A stretch of DNA of 64,000 nucleotides, from the NCBI GenBank assembly GCA_977030845.1, contig OZ365112.1:8990001-9054000 (forward strand), read 5' to 3'. This stretch comes from Fimbriosthenelais zetlandica (lineage: Eukaryota). This document shows, one piece after another, positions 49,036 to 60,962 of the stretch. Position 1 is the stretch's first letter; every line of letters starts with the position of its first letter. The notes under the pieces were generated by a model. It was given only the letters and a program-made list of their open reading frames with translations, was not told where the DNA came from and made no database searches. The position numbers and the translations under genes are program-made.

Positions 49036-51176
49036 CACTGTCCTTGCTTTCCGTTTGACCACAATGAAACCTCGTTTTTTTAACGCAAAATCTACCTAAT
49101 CCGCCAATCTTGTATAATTACAAGATTGGTTGCCGCATTCTACGTTCCCTCATGTAATTATGAGATTAGATTCCCCACTTTACGAGGTAATACATTATAC
49201 GCCCCCCTCATCTTACGATGTAGTTACGTAATACAAGATAGGACCATCGAGGAGTGACTTCCTCCTCCACATCCCTGCCCCACCACCAGTGGAGTGACCA
49301 CAGACAAGCAAGCAAGTTCTCAAGCGAGGAGATAGGCTTCATGTATTCACCAAACCTTAAATACTGTGTAAAATTTGGATAATTTTAGGCACATGTTGGA
49401 TCTAAGCATATGGCAAACATGTAAGTAACTACCTCAATTTAATAATATCAGATGTGTGCTTTCACCGGTACATTCATAAGTTCTTTGATTAGAAGTTTAG
49501 ATTTGTAAAAAAAGAATGTATACATGTGGAGGGAGTTCAGCTTAACTTGGAAGCTGTTATGGATGCATTTCACACCTATGGTTGTACAATGGCCTTGTCT
49601 TATATTAATAATATGTCACTTATTTTTTTATCTTATAAGGAATTCTCGGAGATGAAGAAACTCGAGAGGGATATAAACAGTGCGAGGACAAAGTGGAGAA
49701 TTCAGATGAAAGTAGGTATAATGTATTTATTTTAAGGGTCAGGCAGCAAGTGTCTGGCTATCGGGAGGGCGTGTGTACTCATTTCCCTAAGCTTTTATCC
49801 CGTATAGTATTAGAGGGCTTTTAAGCTTGTATTAAGATTTGGCAAGTTTTGTTAATATGAAGTTACCATCTCTAAAAAATATAGAGTAACAGATAACCGT
49901 TTACTAATAAATTAACTTTCCGTATTGATTTTCTTTTTCAGATCTTCTGCCTCAACATTTATTCATGTGCAGTTGCCTTCTCTTCGCCTCTGTGACAAAC
50001 CATCTATCTACATCTATCAATTTTCTATATTTAAGTTCATTAGATCTGTGTCCATATAGATTGGAGGAAGTTTTACTTAATGGATGCGTGATGTTACATA
50101 CTTATAATTATAACCATAATTATTTACCTTTATTGGTCCGGTTTAATTTAACTTGGACAAAGGTTTACTTGATATATCTCTGTCAAATTACTGGCCATTT
50201 TTAAAAGTAACTCCTGAGTGAGCACATGTATACATGTAGTTATAACAATTGTAACAAGCCATTGAACCATTGTCTACTAAGCTTACATAATCTCAGTACA
50301 ATAGCTTTGTTCAAGTTCACACATGGCCGACCTGGACTGGGGGACTGTGAACAGGGGGAGGGATGGGGGTAGGTGAGACAGATTGGCGCGGACTTTCCTC
50401 CCCTCTCAGACTCGGTGTTTGAACTCGGATTAAATATTGGGTAGCTTATCGAGAGAATGAATGTATAATTATGGATTCATTTGTCAGATTTGTAAGGTCG
50501 ACTTCAGAGGAATTTAAACTTATTGTTACCCAATGGTTTTTCCTTTTAAATGACATTTCAATACAAAGAGTTAACACCAAATTAAAACTCAACCATGTGG
50601 TTTGCATTTTGTTACTGGTGTCTCAGATATGCTGTTTGCAATATATGTATAGGCCTATCGGGTAGTTTAGCATGTGAAAGAGCAATTGAAATTATATTCA
50701 TCCAATTGTTTTGTGCAGAGGACAACTTCAATAAATATAATTGACTAAATACATTTTGTTGACTTTCTCATACCCTTCCATATTCTGATCCTGAAATATT
50801 GTACATTATATAATAAACAAAATCTATTTGAAAGAGAAGGGGGATCAAATCAAAACACCCATAATTATCAATGAATTAATATTCCATATTACTGCCTATA
50901 TATACCATAGAAGCGCAGGAGCTAATAGTATTTATAGCGGCCGCCTGAGCGCTAGTAGTGCGTCCTTAATCCCCTAACTTACGAAGTCACTAACTTACGA
51001 TGCGCGGCGTCTTACGATGCGCGGCGCCTTACGAAGCGCGGCGCCTTACGAAGCCTCTATTCATACGATCATAATCTATACGGAATATGCCATTTTACAA
51101 GGATTTAAACTTACGATGGATGAAGGAAGAATTACCGAGGTTTCTTCGTTTAAATACACGATCCTTATGGACAGTG
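49036..51176 (+). mobile_element. Non-autonomous CACTG-terminated DNA transposon (CMC/EnSpm-like), copy B, ~2141 bp
   Basis: Termini CACTGTCC...GGACAGTG form an 8-bp TIR. It interrupts a minisatellite unit (ctactccc^tgaatgagc), leaving CC on both sides (2-bp TSD). Inverted near-identical copy at 21776-23934. Confidence 0.92.
50976..51053. repeat. Subterminal CTTACG repeat array of transposon copy B (5 units)
   Basis: Reverse complement of the copy A array, two units shorter. Confidence 0.88.
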
Positions 51177-51310
51177 CCTGAATGAGCTGGTGCTCTTACT
51201 TACTGAGCTATCTCCCTGAATGAGCTGGTGCTCTTACTTACTGAGCTATCTCCCTGAATGAGCTGGTGCTCTAACTTACTGAGATATCTCCCTGAATGAG
51301 CTGGTGCTCA
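51177..51310. repeat. 37-38 bp minisatellite, right arm
   Basis: Same unit, about 3.6 units, continuing in register with the left arm. Confidence 0.93.
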
Positions 51311-54300
51311 CTCACCTCGTATTTTATTTTGGTCCATTTGTTGGCATCGAAAAGGTATCATTTCACATTTACATTATGTATGTATAAAAGCACTTACTGT
51401 CTGTTTGTTTATTAGCAGTGTCAATCACCAAGGTATGAATATATTATAAACACGCCCTCTCCCGGGTGCGTTGGGCGCCCACATTTGGCAGAACCCACCA
51501 CCAGGAGGTGACACTGATAGTTCACAATAATGGCACTGGATGGCGCTACCTGACAGAGTGATTGATTGAGTTATATATTATAGATGTATTGACAATACAT
51601 GGCATACCTGTCAACTACAATTATTAACTGTGACACACAAACCACACTGACTTTAGTTCAATAGTTCTCGCTGATAGACAGAGGGTTTGCACTGATGAAG
51701 CTATGCTACATGGTCGGATATGTTGGCTTTCCAGGAAATAGGTCAATTTAAAGCTATTTAACAAATTTCAGGAATCTTAATGTCACGGCGGCTGTCGCCA
51801 CCATTGAACAATCGGGTAATTGTCTATTGAAAGTGGTAAAGCACTCTCATAACATGGGAATGGCTGTAGCAATCCCGTGCAATATACCCTAATAATATAT
51901 GGACGTGGCAATCCTCTGCAATAGGCAACAATGATAATTAACTCTATTTGAATGCGCCAATACTTGCCAATACTTTTAAAATTTCCACCAAGAAAAGTTG
52001 TGTGGACTTTTCAGGTGTCAACCTTCCTTCAGACTAAATGACTTTCATAAACCTGTCAAAAACTTCAGACATTGAAAGGCAGCCAGTCACCCTTACCTTC
52101 TCAACCAAAATTCCCACAGAAAAATTCTCATTTCAATCATGCAATAGCGAATTTCTGTTTTATTAAAACGTCTCTTTGACTCGTAATAATAGCCTTCGAA
52201 ATACTGCCATGTCTTCTGGAACTTATTGCAGAAATTTACAAGTGTTTGGTACGCAAGTTTCTGACAAGACCTTATTAGGTGATATGAGTTTTTTTTGCTT
52301 TTCATGTGCACTGCAGACTGTCAATGTTTGTCCTTGAGTTGAGAAGACGACAGCTGAAAGTCGAGTACTGACCTTGACCTTGTCATATATGAGTGTGTGA
52401 AGGAGTGTTTTTTATAGGCCCAGGTGAAGAGTACTTAAAATATTGACAGGAATATTACCTCTTTAAAACGGTTATGGCTTCTTTGTTGGGTTGAGAAGAG
52501 TAAGGTGATGGGGTAATTGACGGTTATGATGGGGTTTTAGACGGGGACAAGTTGTGGGAGAGAAGAGGATGTGAAGGGCTTGGGTGAGAAGGGGGCATGA
52601 AGTGGAAAGGCGAGGGCGAGGTACATATGCCTGTATGTTTGTTTGATCAGAAGATATTTTGTTTGCATCACCCATCTCCTATCTACTACACCTGTTCAAT
52701 CTCAAAATTCTATTTTCACATGATCGATTTATGGTCATTCTAATTTGAAATACAGATCATGGTTGAACCATCTTCCCGCAGAAAAAAATGGCAGATTATT
52801 TGAGAACATGACACTCGTATGTGCAGTGAACTATGAGGTCCATATGGCCCCTGATAAGGCCCTTCATACCCCTCCTCGACCCCTCAACCCCACCTCCCAT
52901 CATCACCATGGAGATGATACATTGTTACGTCACTATGCCATCCCAGACGCATCTCCCACGCCATCTACAATACTAAAACTTCACCAAAACCGGAAACAAT
53001 CGTCCGTCAGTGTACCCGAAAGTGTTCTTTCCCTCCTGTCTATGCACACTCACCCCTTCAGCTGTATAAATCAATAGGTAACTATAGAAACTGACAAAAA
53101 CATTCACCCTGTCACTTGATTTATGTCCTGACACAGATCTTGACACTGTCAGCGATTAACAGATAGACCGCTGTCAATGAACCTGCCATATTTAGTGGCA
53201 TTTGATAGAGCACCGTGCACAATACAATAAAGTCACTGTACAATTGATCTGTGAAAAACATTGCCGATTGACAGACAAATGCAAATGGCGGACGCTATCA
53301 AGATGACAGCCCTCGGGGCATATTGTCCCTTCACATGTTTGCATACAGAATGATGCATCACTCGTCACTAGGCTATTATTCAAGTTTAGATGGTAGTCTT
53401 TTTGAATTAGAGGACATATTTTGCATAGATGACAGTATAGATAGGACGAGTGGGACGCTATATATTTAGTTTTCATGACGTGTAGACATGATATATACCT
53501 GCTGCACTGAAAGTGGCAATTGTCTGGTCTATATCTAATTCTAAATCAGTTTTCAATGCGATAAATGATTCATTTCTAAATGGGTTTTCTGACAGCCGTG
53601 TACAGTTGCTTTGAAACATGTTGCCTCATTATTTAAAAATGGTTTTGTGGAAATGTCGTCCACAAAATGATGTCAAACGTGTTGTCAAACTAGCTGATGT
53701 AGATCTTATATATGGCATTCAAGTACGGTACATAAAAATATGTTTGTTTAACTATTCAGAAAATTAAATAAGATCGAAATTTACAATTACAAAATATGTT
53801 TATATTGAGTTGTTGTCTGAAAATACATTTCTTTGGATCATATATATTTCAATTTATCCCATTTCCATGGAAATTGTTCCCAAAGTACTTTGCTTACCTC
53901 AGAACTGTTACATATTGAATTAACAAATAATTTCAGTACATATGAGCATGAAAATGTTACAATATAAAATATGATAATTATTTAGGCATATTTATCATCA
54001 TATTTGTTAATAGAAATTCTTTATTAATTCAAGAAATGTATTAAAATTAGGCAATTGTTCATATATACCAAGACATGAAATTATGTGTCCTTGTAATGAT
54101 CTGGAATGAGATGAGCGATATTAGAGGCATCCTGATGACGGGATGACGTCATTTGCCTGTCGTTAAGGAGGGATTAAGGATCATTGTGTAGAGATTATCT
54201 TGGAGGGGTAGGGATTAGTGTAGGGGTATCTCTGACCCTTCTATGAAGCATGGATCAGCTGGGGTTGAGTGGATTGTGGGGCGTTTTCTCTAATCTTTAA

Positions 54301-55029
54301 CATCAAGTGTCATGACTTGATATTTCCCATTGACTTAATTAATCTTTACCCTACAGATTATCCACTATAATTAGGTCCACTCTGAAGTATGGGTGGGATA
54401 TCTTTTAATTCAAATAATTTATATTTTGATTTTCCTTCTTTCTTTTTTGAAAATAATCATTGCTAAATACAGTTAACTATGATGTAAAATTATGAAATTT
54501 TCAAACTTGAACTCATCGAAGAATTTTGAAATTCTTTCGGTGAAATATCAGGACATTTCTAAATTTAGGAACCTAGTAACCATGTAGCTTTTGAATTTCG
54601 AACTAGAATCCTGTGGAAATTTGTTTTCAAGCAACCTGCAGTGTATCAACGAGAGTAAAATAAAGTTTATTTTACTCTCGTTGAGTGTATGTAATATGAC
54701 TTATAGACCCTCTTGCTCTCCTTTGCCTTTTGTTACCTTAGCTCTCAGATGGTACCAGATACCGGACCTTAATCCGGATAATCCCGGGTGGAGAGTCGTC
54801 ATGGAGATATCCATCTGTGATCCGGACAGGATCAACCTCCAGATGAGCAGGAGATAAAAGGGGTTGAGGGGAGGATAAGGGGTTGAGGGGAAGGATGAGA
54901 GAAGGGATGAGCGGGAGGATGAGGGAGGGCAGGCTAGCCATGATAAGCTAGGCCCAGGAGAGGTCAGATCTCTGAGGTATTATGCTGCCCCAGATAGGCT
55001 GCCCTCTTACTAATATTCTTCACTTTTTT

Positions 55030-55270
55030 CTTATTCTTTTAGGGAATTCTCTTTATGTTCTATCCTCCATTCCCCTTTCTCCCTTTCACCTCTGTCCTTA
55101 ATTCACCTCTCTGTCCTTCACATCTATGTCATCACCTTCTTTTCCACTCCCATCTATCTTTTTGTCACCCTCTTCCCTCCACATATCTTCTTGTCCTTCT
55201 TGGCCTCTCCTCTCTCTTCCACTTCTTCTCCACTTCTCTCTTCCGCTCTACTTGCTCATCTCTCTTCCGC
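55030..55270. repeat. CT-rich low-complexity tract
   Basis: Pyrimidine-rich on the + strand. Confidence 0.85.
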
Positions 55271-57504
55271 CTGAGGACCCGGATCACACTTGGATCACGA
55301 TCCACTAGGACCTCAATCGATACCACTTCCCGTGGCGTCTGGCGCGCGTCCCTCCTGGAAGTGATCGTTAAGTCCCATCATTCCACACAAAAGAACCCGT
55401 ATGTTACTATCAGAGGTGGTCGGGGGCAGTATAGTGACTGAGGTGCCCACCGCTAGGTGATGAGGGGGGATAGGGCGGAGGGGGTAGAGATGGCTCACTG
55501 AACAGCCTAGCCAATCACACAGCCCACAACTAATCACGTGCACATTTTACCGCGGCAGATTGCCCGGATGTGCCTCTCTTTAAGGACCTAGTTAGGGCCG
55601 TGGCCGCAGGGTGGAGTGGCAGCATGTCCTTTGATCGTGATGATCTAATTTTTGGTGATCTCGCCGTTTCTCGCGCTAGACTGACGCCCTTAGTTCGGGT
55701 TCACGCCACGGTGGGCGCTGTGTGTGTAAAGGGTGTAAACATGGCCGCCGGGGCCGCTGGGGATGTGCACAACAAGCACGTCCGATTGGGCATTGTCTTC
55801 TGCCGACCTGAACCCAATTTACAGTTCTTATACCACGTGATCCACTTAGAGAGGACAGGAAGGGTGGAGACAGTCTCTAATATCGCTCACTACAAAGCAG
55901 GACTGAGGGGATGAGGTAGGAGGGGGGAGAGAGGGGGCTAAACTTGGTTTATACCAGGCACCCAGGCGTTATGACCTCCCGACATAAGCCTCCCCAAGGT
56001 TATTAATCATCACCCATTTGTCAGTGTTCATTTGCGACAAAATTTAACCTAAAAAAATCAAAAATGACTTTTTATATTGTCACCTCTGGTTTCACCATTG
56101 CATGCCGAGGCAGTCATGCAAGGATTAGTAATTCTTGATCACTTCACTTTATTCTGCCTTCCCTACTCTAACTTTTCTTTATTTAAACCACTTTGCGATG
56201 GAGAATTTAGCATGACATGACATTAAAAGTTATAAGGTGACTTTTAAGAAAAGTTGCTGACTAAATTTTCATCCTTCCACAATCTTATTTGCCTCTCCCA
56301 GCCACTCCCATTGAAATATTTGTGTTGTGTTTTTTTCCAAAATATAATTTTAATGTTTAAACAAATATTTGAGTTAATGAGTAAAAATTGAAAACAAGGA
56401 AATGAAAAGTGTTCAACGGAAAGAAAGGTTGTTTGAAAACACAGCAAATGCCTAAAATGTTGATCTTTTGAGATTATGATTTGTTAGTTTGTGCTAATCC
56501 CCGCCTCCCCTTCACCCCTGGTGGGGGTGTGAAAGGCTGATAGAGAGGAGCCTAATGAAGGTTTATTTTGTGTATTTATTTAGAATCTCAGATTATGACC
56601 AGCTGTCGACAGCCTCCAGTCATCTTGTACCCCGGAACGCTCGCCATGACGACACAGTCTGGCGAGAACCATCAATTACTAAACATTTACATCAAGTTCC
56701 TCCCATACACCCATCGCCCCTACAGCCCCCCTCCCCAATCCCTACCCCTCTCTCGTCAGCTCTCGGAACGAAGATTGCTGGAATACTCTTTTGCATTGCT
56801 ATTTGCTGGCGTAGGCTTACTCAATTGCCTCTCTCTTTGAACATACATAAATTCTAAGAGCTCATTTGTCCATCAGCTCCGACTCGGCAAATCCAATAAT
56901 CCTATATTTGACCCATACGATGGGATATTATTTCTGTATGCCAATCCTTATTGCCAACTTTTGATATTTCTCCTTAGTTTTCACTTTTTTCACTAAGTTT
57001 TGGATTTCATGTATGTGGATCCTTTGACTGCCTGCTGTACAATGTGCGCCTTTAATGTCAGACCATCCCGTTATGCGGCGCTGACAACACGAAACAGCGC
57101 CGCCGACAACCATTGTCATGGTAACGATATATACACTCCATTATCGCCCATAGATAACTGTAGGTTTTTAGAGGCGGCGGCGGGGGGAGGGTGATTTATG
57201 ACGGGAACAGCGACCAGCCATCCATTGTGAGGAGGGGAGGGAGGATGATGGATCTGCCTCTATGGCGGGGCTTTAGACTGGCAGCATTGTGGCGCCACCA
57301 TCGGTGAGAATGTAAAGCACAGAGTAAGCCGGGCGGAAGTCACTCCTGAGGGAGATGCATGATGGGTAGAGAGGAGAACTCGGGATGTATACACGTATAG
57401 TATGACAGGGCTAACTTATACAGATCTCCTTAACATAATTATACATTTGTAAAGGTCTACATTAAACTTGCTTATTAGTATCATGCAATTTAGTTGGCCA
57501 ATAA

Positions 57505-57695
57505 TTCGCAAGGATCCCTGATTTAATGTCTGCCAGCATTCTCAGAATTTGCCATTGACTTTCTCCACTCACTGCCAGTGCTGCTAACTGGGGTATCAAA
57601 GCCCAGCCATCTCTCCCATTGCCTTTGCGGAGAGAGGCGTTCGCCGACAGCGTGTTTCCTTTTCGTCCTGTGATAACCGTAGAATTACTAAACAA
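57505..57695 (+). mobile_element. SINE copy (core plus tail)
   Basis: gcattctcagaatttgcc...ccagtgctgctaactggggtatcaaagcccagccatctctccc...ccgacagcgtgtttccttttcgtcctgtgata. Confidence 0.7.
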
Positions 57696-58502
57696 TTCCC
57701 TGACTTTAGGCTCAATTTCCGTATACTACTCCCCTGAAAACTCTGGTCATTTCAAGACGAAAGCTACCATGGCCCAAAAGTATGAAGTAGTATACGACAA
57801 AGCACTTTGTTTGTGGCCCTCTATACTACGGTGGCCTGAAAGTACTATATATGATGGAGGAGCGAGTTGACGGGGTTTAGGAGGTGGTGATGGGAAGATT
57901 GAACTGTTGTCATGGCCAGTGGACGCGTTGTCAGGGAGAGGAGACGCGTTGTCATGGGGAGAGAGGGTGGTGAGTGAGCAGCTGATGGATGGGGGGAGTG
58001 TAGTGTGTATGTATATGGATGTATGGTGAGTAGGTGAGAAGGGCTATGAGGGGTGGTGGGTGTGAGGGAGATGGAGGAGGGAGAGGAGAGCAGGGTGTTG
58101 TTTTAAGCTGATATATTGGCAGTAGCGTCTAACCTGTGTCTCGTACAAGGTGTATAGTCTGTCTGGGATCATAATTTATAGCCTCACTCAGGTTTCCTTA
58201 CCATAAACTCTTATCTAAGGTACTTGTTCCACCTATTCGGATACCGTTTCCATACTCCTGGGACACTTTTCCTATCTAAATACAATGCTTTACGACTTAA
58301 TTTTCTTATACATCTCATTGGCTATTGAAATGGATGTCTCTTGATGATATTGTCCTGCATTAAAACCTACTTTCCATATACTTTTATATACTTGAACCTG
58401 GTTTTGAAATACCAGAGTCCATCTGCATCTACATTTACTTACCATTAACTAATCTAACGCATCTTTATGAAATGGGCTTAGGCGGGCAACCCCCTGACTG
58501 AT

Positions 58503-58640
58503 ATTGCCCTGGATGAAGCCCAATTTTCCATATACTACTATCTCTTTGAAACTTGATGCGCTGCCCACTTCCAAATTGCCCTGCATAAACCCGAACTTTC
58601 CATATACTACTACTCTTGAAACTGCCCACTTCCAAACTGA
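58503..58640. repeat. ~70-bp tandem duplication, 2 diverged units
   Basis: attgccctg..a.aa.ccc.a.tttccatatactacta.ctcttgaaact...gcccacttccaa occurs twice. Confidence 0.8.
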
Positions 58641-59788
58641 CCTCCAAGCCCACACTCACGCCCCTAGCGGCTGATCCCAAAAGCAATGGTCATCCAAACA
58701 CGAGGCGAGTTATGAGGCTTGTTGTAGGCTCCCCGTGGCGCGCCCCTCAGCATTGTTTTATCACCCTTTCATCCTGTCATTAGCAGGAAAATAGCATGTT
58801 CCCGCCATTTTTCACCCAGCAGACGATCAGTAAGTGCGCGGGCTTCATTTGTGCTGCTATAAGCGGCCCACAATGGCCGCGCCTAGTGATGAACGACCCC
58901 CGTCTGACGCGTCATTTGCCGCGCGCGTGTAGCCACCATGTTTATGGACCAGTGGAGCAGGGGGGAGCAGCTCTTGGCCTGCCCTCTACCGGCCAGCCAA
59001 TGATTCTCCCACCGCTCCCCGGACAAACGCTACTTTGGACGCCGTGGTAAATGATTCCAGGGCAAAGAGCGCGTCTAACTCACCCTTAGCAACATGATGT
59101 ACCGCGCATGCTCCATATCGCATCTAGACGCCGCCAGGGGCCACCACTAACCTCCAGGGAATGCCGGGAATTATAACCAATACAGGAGAGAATGAATCCC
59201 CCTGATATACGAGCCCGCTTAACAATAGTAAACAAACAAACATCAGCAAGATTAACTCGACATGTTTGACCTCTGACCCGGAAGCTGATGGAGGAGCCAG
59301 GTCCTATATCCGCCCCTCTCAACCCATACGTCTCTGACCTTGTAGTTTAACAGACAGCCGTAATGGCAGACAAGGTCATATTTTACTCTTTGTTTCCATC
59401 GGTTTGAACTAACCACTCCTTGTTACTGATCGATGTAAGCGAGGGCACTTCAGGCTGACCCACGACCTCCCTCCAATACTCATTCCCGCCGTCCTCCGCC
59501 TATTTGTCCACGATGTATGTGGCCTTGGTTGTTTTCAGTGGTGTTGGTGGCCTTAGCGGATGTAGTGGGAGGCATCTAGTGATGAGTTCTGTAGTTACAG
59601 CCTCAGACTTTCATCTAACTCTACTTTGAAACGTCCTACTAAACTTTGCAAACTGCCGTTTCTTTCTGAAATATCTCTTTTAGTGTATTTGGCAGCAATA
59701 AGTCCCCTTCTTTACTCTAACTTGCGCACATTGGAGAATGGCTGCTATGCCTGCCTACTAGCCAGCCCATTACATTGAAGCCATTTAC

Positions 59789-59950
59789 AATTGCCTTGCT
59801 TATAGAATTATTGCCAATTGCCTTACTGGTGGAAACCCATTGCCATTTGCCTTGCTTGAAGAAGACATTGCCAATTGCCTTACTGGTGGTAACCCATTGC
59901 CAATTGCCTTACTGGTAGAAGACATTGCCAACTGCCTTACTGGTAGTATC
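59789..59950. repeat. 27-29 bp minisatellite with alternating A/B units
   Basis: tgcctt anchors at 59792, 59819, 59848, 59876, 59905 and 59933. Confidence 0.87.
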
Positions 59951-60962
59951 ATTTGGCAGTATAGCTTGACAAAAGAGCATCATATCAGGCGTTGGATGGT
60001 CACCAAAAAGTAATAGTAGTATATGAAATACTTCATTTGCTTCTGGTTTATAATGAAAAAAGAGAGAAAATTTGGGCCAGCATTGGACAAAAGCTATTCT
60101 ATATCAATGGCCGTCCTTTTCCTGTTTAAATCCCAGCATAAAGTCGTTAGATCATCATAAATATCCAAGCCCTTAAAGTCAAGTTTAGTACGGTCTACAG
60201 CGATATTCATTCACCCAAAGATATTATCAGCGACAGATTTATTATGAAGCTGTGTAATTTCCAAGATTTATTTTGTGGGAAAGTGTCCATATTTCTTATA
60301 AAAGAGGCGTGTACCTATTGTTTAAGATGACTTGGTTTGTCGTTGAGTCGGGTGGAGGGACTCAGTGTATTCTCTCTCCCATCTCACCCACCTTCCCCTC
60401 ACCCTATAAATTCATATTTTATTACAATTAATGTCTAAGTTGTGGGACACCTGTCCTCATCCGCTTAATTTACACTAATCCGGATTATCGCATCTCCATG
60501 GTAATCTACAGATCCCCTACCCTCTCTCTGTCTCTCCCTGGGAGGTCTCTTCCCCCATACACTTCACCTCCCATCAGGATAACTTTCAAACCCTTGATTT
60601 ACTAACGCACTAAATATCATCAAAAAGTAAGGCTTTATGACGGTCGGTCAGTCCATGGGGTGTGTCCAGACTATAAACCAAACTAAGGGGGTAGATCTTG
60701 ACCATAGACCACCCCCTGGATGACCCCAACACCAACTGACCCCTCCATTGTAAACAAGAAAGGTTAAGCGTAAAGCCTGTCCGATCCACGGTCGCACGGA
60801 CGTTTTGGGTCGTAAACAAGGCACTATGTAAACAAGGATTTCTGGGCTGCGTGATAGTGGTTGAGAGGGTTGGGTGTGGGGCAGGGTTTAGGCTGGGGAT
60901 TTAGCCCTACCCCTGTACGGTAAGGCTAGCCCTCTGTCACCAGTATTAGGCCCCGCGGGTGG

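Noticed and set aside
21776-51176. Inverted 2.15-kb repeat as an assembly artefact or inversion breakpoint
   Set aside because: The copies differ by substitutions, indels and repeat-unit number, and each has its own intact TSD.
2742-57695. Apparent all-plus-strand bias of SINE copies
   Set aside because: A minus-strand copy exists at 29383-29645, and degenerate minus copies are easier to miss by eye.
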